Below are positions 38,707 through 50,221 of a DNA stretch of 64,000 nucleotides, piece by piece; the stretch's first letter is position 1; every line of letters begins with the position of its first letter. Location: contig CAWBOS010000015.1 of NCBI GenBank assembly GCA_963790475.1, positions 96,001-160,000 of the forward strand, written 5' to 3'. The notes under the pieces are model-generated. The model saw only the letters and a program-made list of their open reading frames with translations, searched no databases and was not told where the DNA came from. A program made the translations under genes and the position numbers. This stretch comes from an uncultured delta proteobacterium (GTDB lineage Bacteria; Desulfobacterota; RBG-13-43-22).

Positions 38707-39195
38707 TTACTCTTCTTTGACCAACAATGCCACGGCATAAGCCGCGATCCCTTCCTGGCGTCCTGCAAAACCCAGTCCTTCTGTTGTCGTGGCTTTTATA
38801 CTGATTTGATCAACAGAAACCTGCAATACCGGAGCCAAAGCGGCCTGCATTTTTTCTCTATAGGGAGCCAGTTTAGGCTCCTGGGCTACAATCGTGGCAT
38901 CCACGTTTCCGATTTTATATCCCTTTTGCTGGATTAAAAAAAAGATTCTTTCCAGAAGCCGCAAGCTGGAGATCCCTTTATATTGGGGATCCGAATCCGG
39001 GAAAAGACGGCCCAAGTCCCCAAGACCCGCCGCTCCCAAAAGGGCATCCCCCAGGGCATGGCTTAAAACATCGGCATCCGAGTGTCCAGCCAGGCCCTGT
39101 GGAAAGGGAATCTCAACCCCACCTAAAATCAAGGGTCTTCCCGTAGTTAACCGATGGACATCATAGCCCACCCCCATACGGAAAGCGAGACTCAT
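38707..39195 (-). CDS. ispF: 2-C-methyl-D-erythritol 2,4-cyclodiphosphate synthase
   Basis: GYDVH, GHSDADV..HA, IKATTTE.LGF. Confidence 0.97.
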   Translation of the reverse strand: MSLAFRMGVGYDVHRLTTGRPLILGGVEIPFPQGLAGHSDADVLSHALGDALLGAAGLGDLGRLFPDSDPQYKGISSLRLLERIFFLIQQKGYKIGNVDATIVAQEPKLAPYREKMQAALAPVLQVSVDQISIKATTTEGLGFAGRQEGIAAYAVALLVKEE

Positions 39196-39889
39196 TTCCC
39201 TTTTTTCTCCCTGGGGAAAAGGGCCTCAGCCAAAACCAGATCCTCGGGAGTGGTAATCTTGATATTGGAATAATCGCCCATGATCAAGGTAATCGGGTGT
39301 CCGATCCTTTCCACCAGTGAGGCGTCGTCCGTACCCAGGATATCGTCTTGATGGGCCTTTTGATAGGCATTCATCAACAGAGGGATATTGAAAGGTTTGA
39401 GGAGTCTGGGCCAGCCAGATTTCCTCCCGGGGCAGGGTTTGGACTTTTTTCCCGGCAACCGTTCTTTTGACCGTATCACGGGCCAAAACAGCTACCACGG
39501 CTGCTCCGTTTTTCTTGGCCGCTTCGATGCTTTGGGCAATCAGCCGGCGGCTGATAAGGGGACGGACCCCGTCATGAACAACAACGATTGAACATCCGCT
39601 TCGAATGGCTTTAAGCCCATTCCAAACCGAATATTGGCGTATCTTCCCACCCCTGACCACCTTAAGGACTTTTTTAAATTGATACTTTTCAACAATCTCC
39701 CTTTGAACCATATCCATCTGATCCTGGGGGACAATGACATATATTCCGTCAATAGCGGATACATTCTTCAAAAACCTGGAGTGTTTGAGCCAAAATGGGT
39801 TTGCCCCCCAAAGAAAGGTATTGTTTGGGGATCGCAGATTGCATGCGTTGGCCTTTTCCGGCCGCAGTGATCAGCGCAATAGTTTTCAT
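39192..39889 (-). CDS. ispD: MEP cytidylyltransferase, two frameshifts (~39765 and ~39385)
   Basis: [51 protein letters not shown] spread over three segments. Confidence 0.92.
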
Positions 39890-40002
39890 GTTTTTTTTGA
39901 AGCAAGTCCGGTAAGAAGTCTCAAGTTTCTGGTGTCAAGAAAAGCCTTGGGATCCTTTTATTAAAGTTCCTTCGTTACTGGTCTCTGGTCACTTAAAAAA
40001 AA

Positions 40003-40369
<367 letters not shown>

Positions 40370-40382
40370 TCTGAATTGTTAA

Positions 40383-40453
40383 AAGTGAAAGGTGACTTGT
40401 GACACGGAAAACATAAACCCAAGTCGCTCTTCTTGTCACTTGTCACTCTTCAC
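40383..40453. repeat. Inverted pair of heptamer tandem arrays
   Basis: AAGTGAA AGGTGAC TTGTGAC facing TTGTCAC TTGTCAC TCTTCAC, between rnhA and rnpB. Confidence 0.7.
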
Positions 40454-40465
40454 TGTTTGTTGTCG

Positions 40466-41014
40466 TTACTGGTCACTTTTTTTAATAGCTTCATTAGCCA
40501 TCCGGTCCGCTTCCCGGTTTTGCTCTCTCGGAATGTGTATTATAGCATACTTCGAAAATTTCAGCAAAAGATCTTGAACTTGATGAAAAAAGACAGCCAA
40601 TCTTGGATTCTTGACCCGGTAAAGCCCGTTTAATTGCCGAACCAGAAGCTCCGAATCCATCTTAATCCTTATCTCCTGAACCCCACGGGACAAAGCCCTT
40701 TGAAGTCCCAGGATCAAGGCCAGATATTCGGCCTCATTATTGGTGGCCTGGCCTAAAAATTTACACTCCTTCACCGATGTGGTCTCTTGATCGTTCATCA
40801 ACACCCACCCGGCCCCGGCCGGTCCCGGATTTCCTTTAGAGGCCCCGTCAGTAAAAAGCTGCCAGGGGGTTCGACTGATTTTGTCCTTTTGGATCGGCAA
40901 AATTTGCTCCTTTGGTGTCAGTTCAATTTTAGGAAAAATTTTTTGTTCGAAAGGATTAAAATAGGAGTTAAGGGTTGTTTTACACCGCTCTTGGAGAATC
41001 CTGGGCAGTCTCAA
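40466..41014 (-). CDS. rnhA: Ribonuclease HI family protein (start uncertain)
   Basis: FTDGASKGNPGPAGAG, TNNEAEY, DSEL, HIPREQN..AD. Confidence 0.88.
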   Translation of the reverse strand: MRLPRILQERCKTTLNSYFNPFEQKIFPKIELTPKEQILPIQKDKISRTPWQLFTDGASKGNPGPAGAGWVLMNDQETTSVKECKFLGQATNNEAEYLALILGLQRALSRGVQEIRIKMDSELLVRQLNGLYRVKNPRLAVFFHQVQDLLLKFSKYAIIHIPREQNREADRMANEAIKKSDQ

Positions 41015-41137
41015 TCTGCCTCCGGAGGAGACCTAAGCTTCCATCCGGAGAACGGTTGGGATTTTGTCTCTCTTTGGAAAAGAGATTAAAGCAATTCGGA
41101 AACTCCGTCTGATAAAAGGGTCTCCTACAGGAAATCA

Positions 41138-41863
41138 TCAGGCCTCTTTGCTTCCGCTCGGTCCGGTCAGATAAAGAATTCGAAGACAACTGGGGCAAGG
41201 AATAATTTTATCCTTGCGATGCAGTTCATTATACAATTGAGGGGGAATCTGGATGTGGCAACTCAGACAGGTTGCGTCCTTGACTTCGGCTACAGCCACC
41301 CCTTTTAAACGGTCTTTTAAAAATTCATATTGTTTTAAAAGAGGGGAATCGATCCGGGAGGTAAGTTCCTGTCTCTTTTGATTTATAGCCAAGAGTTCTT
41401 TCTCATAGGCCTGGCGTTCTTTCTCCAACTGATCTTTTTTTAGTTTTCCTTCAGCGGTCTTGGCTTCAACGGTTTTTTTCAAGGCTTTCTCTTTCTGAAT
41501 ACCTTCTTCCAACTTTTCCATCAATTCCAACAAAAGGTCCTCCTTGCCGCCCCTACTCTTTTTTAATTCATCGGTCTCGGTCAGCATCGCCTTGTATTCT
41601 TTGTTGGTTTTGACCTCCATCAACTTAACCTGACTTTTTTTGATCTTTTGATCACTCTCTTCAATTTCCCGCTCCAAACTTTTTCGTTGTTTCTTCAGGC
41701 CTTCTATCTCCTGGTTAAAGGCCTGAAAGGTTTCCTGGACCTCCTGGATTTCCTGATCGACCTGTTGCATCTTCTTGGGGTTTTCTTCCGAAGTTAAAAG
41801 AAGATCCTGAATGGATTTGTCTAGTTGCTGTAATTGAATTAAAAAGTTTAATTGTTCTTGCAT
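41138..41863 (-). CDS. Coiled-coil protein with C4 zinc ribbon (DUF164-like)
   Basis: LIQLQQLD, long coiled coil, CLSCHIQIPPQ..CPSCLRILY. Usual nif3/zinc-ribbon/rnh context. Confidence 0.88.
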   Translation of the reverse strand: MQEQLNFLIQLQQLDKSIQDLLLTSEENPKKMQQVDQEIQEVQETFQAFNQEIEGLKKQRKSLEREIEESDQKIKKSQVKLMEVKTNKEYKAMLTETDELKKSRGGKEDLLLELMEKLEEGIQKEKALKKTVEAKTAEGKLKKDQLEKERQAYEKELLAINQKRQELTSRIDSPLLKQYEFLKDRLKGVAVAEVKDATCLSCHIQIPPQLYNELHRKDKIIPCPSCLRILYLTGPSGSKEA

Positions 41864-41876
41864 GATATCTCCAAAA

Positions 41877-42995
41877 TTAAAAATATTTTATATAAGGATC
41901 ACCGGGATTCATATCTTCCAGGATTTTCATCCCCCAATCATCCAACTGACTTGCTTTTCTCAGGATCCCGGCCAAGGCCGGTATCACCCATTTTTCCGAT
42001 GGGTAATGACCGATCTCCAACAGGGTCAAGGTCTGTCCCTGTTGAGAAACCATGGGATGATAACCGATCTCTCCGCAAATAAAAACCTGCGCCCCGGTCG
42101 ACAAAGCCTCGGGAATCAAGCTGCTGCCCGATCCTCCGCAAACCGCCGCCTTTCCGATCATCCGGGGAATCACTCCGCTGACCCGCACCGAAGGAGCTTC
42201 CACATCCTGTTTCAGACGTTGAATTAAGGTCTCCCAGGAAATGGGAGGATCAAATTGACCCACTCGGCCCAGCCCCACATCGGGCGAAAGGTGTTCAACC
42301 GGATAGACATCATAGGCCATTTCTTCATAGGGATGGGCCGCACGGATCTTCTCGATCAGCTCAAAGGTCCTGGTCCTTTGGATCAAAATCTCAAAACGCC
42401 ACTCCGATGCGCGTTGAATCCGATCGATTTTCCCCAGAAAAGGATGACTGCCCTCTTCCGGAACAAAAGTCCCTTCCCCTCGGGATTTAAAGGTACATAA
42501 GCGGTATGAACCAATCCGGTTTGCTTTCGCCTTATCCAAGACCTCCAGAATTTTTTCTTCGTAACCGATGGGAATGAAAATGACCAGTTTAACATGGTCA
42601 TGGAAACGCTTTTCAAGAGGTACGAGGTTGATTAAACCCAGACGGCGAGCCAGGGCAGCGCAGACCCCATCGGGGGCGGAATCAAGGTTGGTATGCGCTA
42701 CTAAAAGGGCGATTTCTCCCTTGGCCATACTTAAAGCGGTTCGTCCAGGTTCTTGATTGCTTTTCAAAGAATCGATCGCTTGAAAAAAAAGGGGGTGATG
42801 GCAGATTAACAGCTGCAGACCGTTTTGGACAGCCCAGGAAACGGACCGGGGGGTAGCCTCCAGGGTGATCCCGACGCGTTCAACCTGTTGTTCCGGATCC
42901 CCTAATTGTAGCCCGATGTGATCCCAGGTTTCGGCCCAGCTCGGGGGGAATCGGGCTTCCATCCATTGTTGGATTTCCCTGATTTTAGCCGGCAT
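41877..42995 (-). CDS. Nif3-like dinuclear metal center protein
   Basis: WDHIGLQLGD, HHPLFF, HTNLD, HPYEEMAYD, GHYPSE. Confidence 0.93.
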   Translation of the reverse strand: MPAKIREIQQWMEARFPPSWAETWDHIGLQLGDPEQQVERVGITLEATPRSVSWAVQNGLQLLICHHPLFFQAIDSLKSNQEPGRTALSMAKGEIALLVAHTNLDSAPDGVCAALARRLGLINLVPLEKRFHDHVKLVIFIPIGYEEKILEVLDKAKANRIGSYRLCTFKSRGEGTFVPEEGSHPFLGKIDRIQRASEWRFEILIQRTRTFELIEKIRAAHPYEEMAYDVYPVEHLSPDVGLGRVGQFDPPISWETLIQRLKQDVEAPSVRVSGVIPRMIGKAAVCGGSGSSLIPEALSTGAQVFICGEIGYHPMVSQQGQTLTLLEIGHYPSEKWVIPALAGILRKASQLDDWGMKILEDMNPGDPYIKYF

Positions 42996-43002
42996 TTTCA
43001 AC

Positions 43003-43040
43003 AAAAAAAGGGTGCAGTCCCTTCGGGTGCACCCTTTTTT
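43003..43040 (-). terminator. Intrinsic terminator (bidirectional shape) after the tRNA
   Basis: AAAAAAAGGGTGCA ... TGCACCCTTTTTT. Confidence 0.75.
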
Positions 43041-43125
43041 CACTTTGAACCCCTGAGGGTTTGATTGATAGAAACTTTCTAACTCCCATAATAACGGACC
43101 ATATAATCTGCCAAAGCATTTGAAC

Positions 43126-43201
43126 TGGTGGGCCCACCTGGCCTCGAACCAGGGACCTTCCGGTTATGAGCCGGTGGCTCTTCCAACTGAGCTATGGGCC
43201 C
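43126..43201 (-). tRNA. tRNA with CAT anticodon, most likely tRNA-Ile2 (lysidine)
   Basis: GGGCCCATAGCTCAGTTGGAAGAGCCACCGG-CTCATAA-CCGG..GGTTCGAGGCC..ACCA. Paired G1-C72 and no GGG/CCC anticodon stem, so not fMet. Confidence 0.9.
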
Positions 43202-43369
43202 TGACCTTTTTTGACATAAAAAAATGATCATATTTAATTTTATAACAGAAGTCAATAAAGAACAATAAACGGAATTCGTTTTCCAGGTAAGATTCAGTCA
43301 ATAGGCCCTTAGTATTTCTATTTCTTTTCAGATACCAACAGAAATCTTATTAAATATTTTATCAAAATC

Positions 43370-45112
43370 CTACTCCACAAAGGACTTCAACCTCTTGCTT
43401 CGGCTGGGATGACGTAATTTCCGCAAGGCCTTGGCCTCGATCTGACGGATCCGCTCCCGGGTGACATCGAAATCACGCCCCACCTCTTCCAGGGTATGGT
43501 CGGCCCTTTCTCCGATACCGAAACGCATGCGCAACACCTTTTCTTCACGCGGGGTCAAGGTGGACAACACCCGTTGGGTCTGTTCGGATAGATTCAACCG
43601 GATCACGGCCTCGGACGGCGACAAAATCTTTTTGTCCTCGATAAAATCCCGAAGATGGCTGTCTTCCTCTTCTCCGATCGGGGTCTCCAGTGAAATAGGT
43701 TCCTTTGCGATTTTCAAGACCTTCCGGACTTTGTCTAAAGGGAATTCCATACGATCGGCGATTTCCTCGGGCGTTGGTTCCCGCCCCAATTCCTGGACCA
43801 GATAACGGGCCGTCCGTATCAATTTGTTGATGGTTTCGATCATGTGTACCGGAATGCGAATCGTACGGGCCTGATCGGCAATAGCCCGGGTAATGGCCTG
43901 CCGAACCCACCAGGTGGCGTAGGTGCTGAATTTATAACCCCGTTGATATTCAAATTTATCCACGGCCTTCATCAGCCCGATGTTCCCCTCCTGGATCAAG
44001 TCCAGGAATTGAAGCCCACGGTTGGTATATTTCTTGGCAATGCTGACCACCAGTCGCAGATTGGCCTCTATCAATTCGGCCTTGGCATCCCGGGCCTTGA
44101 TTTCTCCCTCATCAACCTGTTTGATAATCTTCTTAAGGGCCTTGGAGGTCATCTTGGATTCCTGTTCCACCCTTCTTATCTTCCGCTCCCCGTTGCGGAT
44201 TTTCTTGTCGATTTCTAAAAGATTATCCTTGTGAAGGCCGGTCTGGCGGGTCAGGGATCTGGCCTGACCTTCCTTCTTTAATTTGCGAAGGGCTTTTTTC
44301 AAATCCTGCAGAGCCAAGCTGGTCTTCTCGGCACAGTCTTCAATCTCCCGTTCTCCTTTTTCGATTCGATCGGCAAATCCTTTCAGTTTATTGATAATAC
44401 GATCAATCTGCCGTTTATCCAGACGAAGCTCTTTGAGCTGTTCGACAATCAGTAATTTATTGTCTTCAATCTTATCTCGGGCCTTTTTTCTGCGGGGAAG
44501 GGGGAGATCGTGATTGAGTTTCTCCATGAGCTTTCTGTTTTTTTCATATAGTTCGGCGACCTCGGCAAAAAGCTGCAACACCTTTTTTCGATGCGCTTCG
44601 GTTTCTATGAAGGGATCTTCATCATCCATATCTCGAACTATTTCTCTGAGTTTAATCACGCCTTGCTGGAACTTCTCCCCCAGCGATAGGATTTCCTTGA
44701 TCCCTACCGGGGAATCCAGGAGGGCATCGATAACCTCATGTTTTCCTTCTTCGATCCTTTTGGCGATTTCCACCTCACCCTCGCGGGTCAAGAGGGAATA
44801 AAACCCCATTTCTTTTAGATACATCTTGACCGGATCGTTGATTTTAATTCCAATTTCCGGCCCCCATTTCAGTTCCTCTTCCTCTTCCTCGATACGATCC
44901 TCATCAATCTTCTCTTTAGCCCTGACTCGAGGGGCCCCTTCCAGAATTTGAATATCCGTTTCGTCAAAAAGATAGATCATATCGTCGATCGGTTCGGTCC
45001 CGACCAGTTCGGGGGGAAGGGCTTCTTCGGTTTCCTCTAGATCGAGAAATTCCTTTTCTTTGGTCAGGGAAATCATTTTATTGAGTTCATCCATTGTGTT
45101 GTCTTTGGCCAT
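43370..45112 (-). CDS. rpoD: RNA polymerase sigma factor RpoD
   Basis: [51 protein letters not shown]. Confidence 0.98.
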   Translation of the reverse strand: MAKDNTMDELNKMISLTKEKEFLDLEETEEALPPELVGTEPIDDMIYLFDETDIQILEGAPRVRAKEKIDEDRIEEEEEELKWGPEIGIKINDPVKMYLKEMGFYSLLTREGEVEIAKRIEEGKHEVIDALLDSPVGIKEILSLGEKFQQGVIKLREIVRDMDDEDPFIETEAHRKKVLQLFAEVAELYEKNRKLMEKLNHDLPLPRRKKARDKIEDNKLLIVEQLKELRLDKRQIDRIINKLKGFADRIEKGEREIEDCAEKTSLALQDLKKALRKLKKEGQARSLTRQTGLHKDNLLEIDKKIRNGERKIRRVEQESKMTSKALKKIIKQVDEGEIKARDAKAELIEANLRLVVSIAKKYTNRGLQFLDLIQEGNIGLMKAVDKFEYQRGYKFSTYATWWVRQAITRAIADQARTIRIPVHMIETINKLIRTARYLVQELGREPTPEEIADRMEFPLDKVRKVLKIAKEPISLETPIGEEEDSHLRDFIEDKKILSPSEAVIRLNLSEQTQRVLSTLTPREEKVLRMRFGIGERADHTLEEVGRDFDVTRERIRQIEAKALRKLRHPSRSKRLKSFVE

Positions 45113-45122
45113 GGGTTCTCCT

Positions 45123-46917
45123 TTATCCTTTTGAGGAGACGAGAATTTCTTTTCTCCTTTGGAGCAAATCTTTTTTCAAAACTAACAGGGATTTCAACTC
45201 TTCGGTAATCCCGGACTTTTCTTTCAACCGGATCTCACGATAAAGGGCTTTTTCCTGCTGTTGCAGTTGTCTCAAATGAATCCGTTTAATCAGGTCAAAC
45301 AAAAAAGCTTCTTCATCTTTTTGATCCACGAAAGCCCGGATGGCCAGGGAGGAAACCCGGTTTTTCAAAGCCTGATCATCGAGATAGTTGAGCAAAAGGC
45401 TGGGGTTCACCTCGCCCTGTTGCTGAAAAGTTTTCTGTATGGTTTCATAAATAGTTCTGGCTTCCGGCGACTCGAAAAAGTCCCCTCGGTCCTCATTCAA
45501 GAGTATGGAAGCGGCCTGCGGTATCCTCATGATCGCCTCGATCATATGCCACTCCAGACCGGGGACCTGTTCCTCCTTTAAGGAATTTTGAATTCGACCG
45601 GATCCCCGGCGAGGCCCCTTGGGTTCCTTCAAGGACCTCCAGAGAACTGATTCAGGGATCTTCAGTTTATCGCTCACCAGACCGGCATAATAAGCCCGTT
45701 CCACCTCCGAATTCAAGGCCTTCAGGTGGGGCACCAAACGCTCCACCATTCGGGCCTGATCCAAGACCTGCGGCCTGACCTCTTTGATCTGTTGATTAAA
45801 AAAGAAGGTCATCATAGGCTCGGCCTGTTCAATTTCGGCGGCGAATCGTTCCGGACCTACCTCTAAAAGATAACTGTCCGGATCGGTATTGGGCGGAAGG
45901 ACCTTGATCCTGGCGGTTACCCCTTCCTGTTGAAAAAGGGAAACGCTTCTTAAAGCGGCCTGAACACCAGGGGCATCGCCGTCAAAAAGGAGGAGCAGAT
46001 CCTCGGCCATCCCCTTCAGTTTCCGAATCTGAAAAGAACTCAGGGCGGTTCCAAGAGTGGCCACGGTTTGCTTGAACCCCTTCAGGTGTAAAGATAATAA
46101 GTCGAAATAGCCTTCAACGATGATCGCCTGGTTCAGCTTTCGAATCATCGGTGCGGCTTGAGACAGCCCATAAAGAACACGCCCTTTATTGAAGATGGCC
46201 GATTCCGGAGAATTGAGATACTTAGGGGTTTCCTGGCCCAAGGCCCGGCCCCCGAATCCGATCACCCGCTTCTGTTCGTCAAAGATCGGGAAAATGAGCC
46301 GGTTTCTGAATCGATCATAATGACCGCCCTTTTCCTTTTTGATGATCAAACCCGATTGTTCCCAAAGGGGAAGGGGGACTTTTTCCCGAGCAATAAATGA
46401 AACCAGTCTATCCCATCCTTCCGGGGCATATCCCAGATAAAATTCCTCGGCTATCCGGCCGTTCATCTTCCGGAACTTAAGATATTCCCGGCCTTTTTGG
46501 CCTATTTTTTCTTTCATTAAAAGATGATGATAAAATTCAGACGCCCGGACATGAAGATTTCGCAGGGCCTCTTTAATCCCTTGTCCGTCCTCGGAAACAC
46601 GATCCGGTTGCGCTCTTGGGCAACGGAATTCTCAGGCGCTCGGCGAGTTCGCTAACCGTTTCCGGAAAACTCAGATGGTGATAGTGCATGAAAAAGGTAA
46701 AGACATTTCCGCCCAGCCCGCACCCGAAACAGTGGAAAATCTGCTTTTCTTCATTGACCATGAATGAAGGGGTCTTTTCCGGATGAAAAGGGCATAATCC
46801 CTGAAAATTTCGACCCGTCTTTTTTAAGGCAACGACCTCCGAAACAACGTTTACCAAGTTGACGGCATCTTTGATCTGAGTAATAAAAGATTCAGGAAAG
46901 AAAGAAGTCTTAGGCAT
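45123..46917 (-). CDS. dnaG: DNA primase, frameshift near 46590
   Basis: [15 protein letters not shown] zinc finger in the upstream [31 protein letters not shown] in the downstream ORF. Confidence 0.95.
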
Positions 46918-47054
46918 TGCTGGCTTCCAGTAAAATGAAGATTCCCCGGCCGCCGATGGCGGGCAGGGAATCTTCAACAATGAGGAATCATTTTATCTAA
47001 ATGAAACCAGAAGGGTTAAATCGTATCCGACCATAAAAACTCAACCCCTTGATC

Positions 47055-47196
47055 GATGGCTTTTAAAAACGTCCCCTTTTGCCCAATGACGTTGATAGAC
47101 TCAACTCTTAATTCTCGAAATTCTGCAGGCCTTCCGGTCATTAAGATTCTTGTCTTCCTTGAACTTGAACAAAATTGAACTTTTTTCAAAACGCTC
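47055..47196. mobile_element. MITE-like element, diverged copy 2 (reverse orientation)
   Basis: Colinear with the reverse complement of 30069-30221: AAAAACG.CCC.TTT.G.CCAAT, AGACTCAA, TTTAAT.CTCGAAAT, ACAAAATTGAAC. Confidence 0.65.
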
Positions 47197-47270
47197 TAAG
47201 GCATCCTATTCTGCTCGAATAAGGAAATCGCAACCGAGGTCCCTTGGCGCTTCAGGAAGGATTTTTCCTC

Positions 47271-47720
47271 CTAGGTGGAGGAAAGTTTTTGTTTGACAAT
47301 GGCCTGAACCGTTTGACCTTCTGCCCGACCGGCCAGCCGAGCCATAGCCGCTTTCATAACCTTGCCCATATCCTTTATCCCTGAAGCCTCGAGCTCCAGG
47401 ATAATTTGAGCGATACTCTGTTCGATCTCCAGAGGGGTGGCCTGGACCGGCAGGAAACCGGAAAATATTTCTATCTCAGCCTTCTCTTTTTCAGACAGAT
47501 CCATTCGCCTGCCTTTTTCAAATTGTTCGACGGCCTCTTTCCCCTGCCGGATCATCCCCTTTATCACAGAAATGATTTCCTGATCGTCCAGTTTTCCGCG
47601 CCGTTCGATTTCTTTATTTTTTAAGGCCGCCCGAAGCATCCGCAGGGCGGAAAGTCTCGGTTTGTCTTGAGTCTTTAAGGCTATTTTGAAACCTTCTTCA
47701 ATGTCCTGAATCAAGCTCAT
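47271..47720 (-). CDS. GatB/YqeY domain protein
   Basis: LRMLRAALKNKEIE..AEIEI..FLP..KDMGKVM. Confidence 0.92.
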   Translation of the reverse strand: MSLIQDIEEGFKIALKTQDKPRLSALRMLRAALKNKEIERRGKLDDQEIISVIKGMIRQGKEAVEQFEKGRRMDLSEKEKAEIEIFSGFLPVQATPLEIEQSIAQIILELEASGIKDMGKVMKAAMARLAGRAEGQTVQAIVKQKLSST

Positions 47721-47779
47721 GGTCTAAAATCCGGTAAATTATGTTTAATCTTATAAGTATAAGTAGTAATTGTTAAATG

Positions 47780-48535
47780 TCAAGAGAAAATAATGGCCTG
47801 AGAGGGGGTGTTCTTTTTGAGCCAGCCGATGGCTTCCGCAAGGTTCAAGCTGCCGCTGTAAATCGCCCGGCCGGTGATCATCCCCACCAGTCCGTCGGCT
47901 CCCAGGGGGGCCAGACTTTGGACATCGGCCATATTGGCAATGCCTCCGGCGGCAATCACCGGAAGGCGGGTGGCTTGAGCCAGTCTGCGGGTGGATGAAA
48001 TGGATGGACCTTGCTGGGTTCCGTCCCGGGAGATATCTGTGAAAATGAGGGCCTTTACCCCCCAGTTTTCGTAGGACTTGACCAGATCGATGGGATCGAT
48101 ATCGGAAAGCTCGGTCCAGCCTTCCACGGCGATTCGATTGTCCCGGGCATCCAGGCTGACCATGATCTGTTCTGGGAACAACCGGCAGGCTTCCTGGACC
48201 AGCGAAGGATGTTTTAATGCGGCCGTCCCTAATATGACCTGAGCCAATCCCAGAGAAAGATAACCATCCACCGTTTTCAGGTCCCGGATCCCTCCCCCAA
48301 GCTGAACCGGTATGGGTGTTGCTTCAACGATCTCCCTGATGATGGACTTATTCCGGGGTCCTTTTTCAAAGGCCCCATCCAGATCGATGATATGAAGGCG
48401 TTCGGCCCCCTGTTCAACCCATTGCCGGGCCATTTCCTGGGGATGCTCCGAAAAAACGGTCTCGGCATCGGCTCGCCCTTCCCGGAGCCTGACACACCGG
48501 CCGCCCTTTATATCCACAGCGGGGATGATGATCAT
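47780..48535 (-). CDS. hisA: ProFAR isomerase
   Basis: IIPAVDIKGGRCVRL, HIIDLDGA, QLGGGIR, TDISRDG, GRAIY. Confidence 0.96.
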   Translation of the reverse strand: MIIIPAVDIKGGRCVRLREGRADAETVFSEHPQEMARQWVEQGAERLHIIDLDGAFEKGPRNKSIIREIVEATPIPVQLGGGIRDLKTVDGYLSLGLAQVILGTAALKHPSLVQEACRLFPEQIMVSLDARDNRIAVEGWTELSDIDPIDLVKSYENWGVKALIFTDISRDGTQQGPSISSTRRLAQATRLPVIAAGGIANMADVQSLAPLGADGLVGMITGRAIYSGSLNLAEAIGWLKKNTPSQAIIFS

Positions 48536-48587
48536 TTAAAAAATAAATAAAAACTCAAAATTTAAAGTTCAAAGTTCAAAGATGAGT

Positions 48588-48753
48588 AACTCGTAATGAG
48601 TCGCCGAAAGCCAAATTTCGTCATTCTGGTCCGCATCAAGCGCGGAATAGACTCCAGAATCCAGTATGTTAAAGCAGTTAGAATTTTCCTGGACCCCGGT
48701 GCCTGTCCCGGACCTGATACGGGATTCACCGAGGTGACGACTTTTTACGATTT
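48588..48753. mobile_element. Second MITE/REP-like element
   Basis: Imperfect TIRs AACTCGTAATGAGTCG / CGACTTTTTACGATTT enclosing REP-like hairpins (GTCATTCTGG..CCAGAATCC; CCCCGGTG..CACCGAGG). Another left end (GACTCGCGAAAAGTC) follows at ~48767. Confidence 0.6.
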
Positions 48754-48958
48754 CACAAAATTATCGGACTCGCGAAAAGTCCTCATTCCCACTCAGACGG
48801 GAACTCTGCCCAAACAATCTATTTTCAAACCTGTATTCCCGCTCCCCGGTCATGTCGAGAACAGGCTTAAGGGAAATTAAAAAAATGGGATAAAGCGGGG
48901 TCTTTTTTAGCAGACGATCAAAAATAACGAGGAGATACCCTTTCGATTATTTTCGTCA

Positions 48959-49561
48959 TCAAAGGATCCCCTTAGTCGAACGAACGGCCTTTAGGCCTGC
49001 CTGGATCTGACTGGCTTCCGCGATGGCCCGTCCAAAGCCTTTAAACATAGCTTCAATGATATGATGAATATTTTCTCCGCCCAGAACCTTCAGATGAAGG
49101 GTAAGGCCGGCCCGGTTGACCAGGGCCTGGAAAAATTCCTTGATCAAGCCCGTATCAAAACCCTCCACTCGAACTTTACGTGGTTTCCAGCCGTAAGAAA
49201 GATGGGGTCGCCTGGAGATATCAACGGCCGTCATGACCAGGGCCTCGTCCATGGGCAGAATAGAACTTCCATATCGCTTAAGCCCTTTAAAATCTCCCCA
49301 GCATTGATTGAAGGCGTCTCCCAGGCAAATACCGATATCTTCGACCGTATGATGAAACCCCACCTCAATGTCTCCCTGGGCCTTCAGATCGAGGTCCAAT
49401 AAACCGTGGTGGCTCATCAACTCCAGCATATGATTCAGGAAAGAGACCGGTGATTGTATCCGGCTTATTCCTTTACCATCCAGCACCAGTTTCAGCCGGA
49501 TTTGGGTCTCCCGGGTATCTCGCACGATAAGGGCTTTTCGTGATTTTTTAGTGTTGATCAT
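48959..49561 (-). CDS. hisB: Imidazoleglycerol-phosphate dehydratase
   Basis: RDTRETQI, HHTVEDIG, PMDEAL, NIHHIIEAMFK, STKG. Confidence 0.96.
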   Translation of the reverse strand: MINTKKSRKALIVRDTRETQIRLKLVLDGKGISRIQSPVSFLNHMLELMSHHGLLDLDLKAQGDIEVGFHHTVEDIGICLGDAFNQCWGDFKGLKRYGSSILPMDEALVMTAVDISRRPHLSYGWKPRKVRVEGFDTGLIKEFFQALVNRAGLTLHLKVLGGENIHHIIEAMFKGFGRAIAEASQIQAGLKAVRSTKGIL

Positions 49562-49674
49562 GATATCGAATTAGCTTTTGAAATTAGAAAAATTCTATTA
49601 GACAGGATTGAACCTGAGTAAAAACAAAGATATCCTGTTAATCCTGTCAGACTCGCCTATTGTCTGTTTTTATT

Positions 49675-49750
49675 TGGTGGAGATGGGGGGGATCGAACCC
49701 CCGGCCTGTACATTGCGAACGTACCGCTCTCCCATCTGAGCTACATCCCC
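49675..49750 (-). tRNA. tRNA-Ala(CGC)
   Basis: GGGGATGTAGCTCAG.. anticodon loop TTCGCAA, G3:U70 pair, encoded CCA. Confidence 0.95.
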
Positions 49751-49936
49751 ACTAAAATCAGGGGCCAAGGGTTCGAGGGCTCAGGGATTCCAGTGAAAGG
49801 CCTGGAACTATAACCCTTGAACACTGGGCTCCTTGAACCCATCTTTGTTGCCTTTTTACTATATCAAAAAAAATTGACAATTCATCAAAAAAAAACTATA
49901 ATTCATTTTTTATTTATTTTCAATGAGGAGGTTTCT

Positions 49937-50221
49937 TTGGCTAATCATCCCTCGGCCCTAAAAAGGGCCAAACAAAACAAGGTTCGCCGTTTACGGAATG
50001 CGAGCATGAAATCCAGTATAAAAACAAAGGTTAAACAATATCTTCAAACCCTGGAGACTTCACCCAAAGAATCAGCATCCCCGGCCTTGATTGAGGCTGT
50101 TTCTTTAATTAATCGAGCCGGTTCCAAAGGAATTTTACATCAGCGAACGGCCTCACGAAAGATTTCCAGGCTTTCAAAAAAACTCAACAAAATATCCGAT
50201 CAACCCGCTGCCCAAGCCTAA
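49937..50221 (+). CDS. rpsT: 30S ribosomal protein S20
   Basis: GAGGAGG RBS, TTG start, ANHPSALKRAKQ..KGILH..ASRKISRL. Confidence 0.96.
   Translation: MANHPSALKRAKQNKVRRLRNASMKSSIKTKVKQYLQTLETSPKESASPALIEAVSLINRAGSKGILHQRTASRKISRLSKKLNKISDQPAAQA

Noticed and set aside
37624-38937. 437-aa plus-strand ORF
   Set aside because: Antisense shadow of cysS/ispF with no recognisable motifs. The same applies to the other long antisense ORFs (15244-16119, 17884-18606, 26636-27304, 29091-29813, 57866-58483).
43126-49750. tRNAs as integration sites of a genomic island
   Set aside because: No integrase and no duplicated tRNA 3' ends were seen. The flanks are housekeeping genes.
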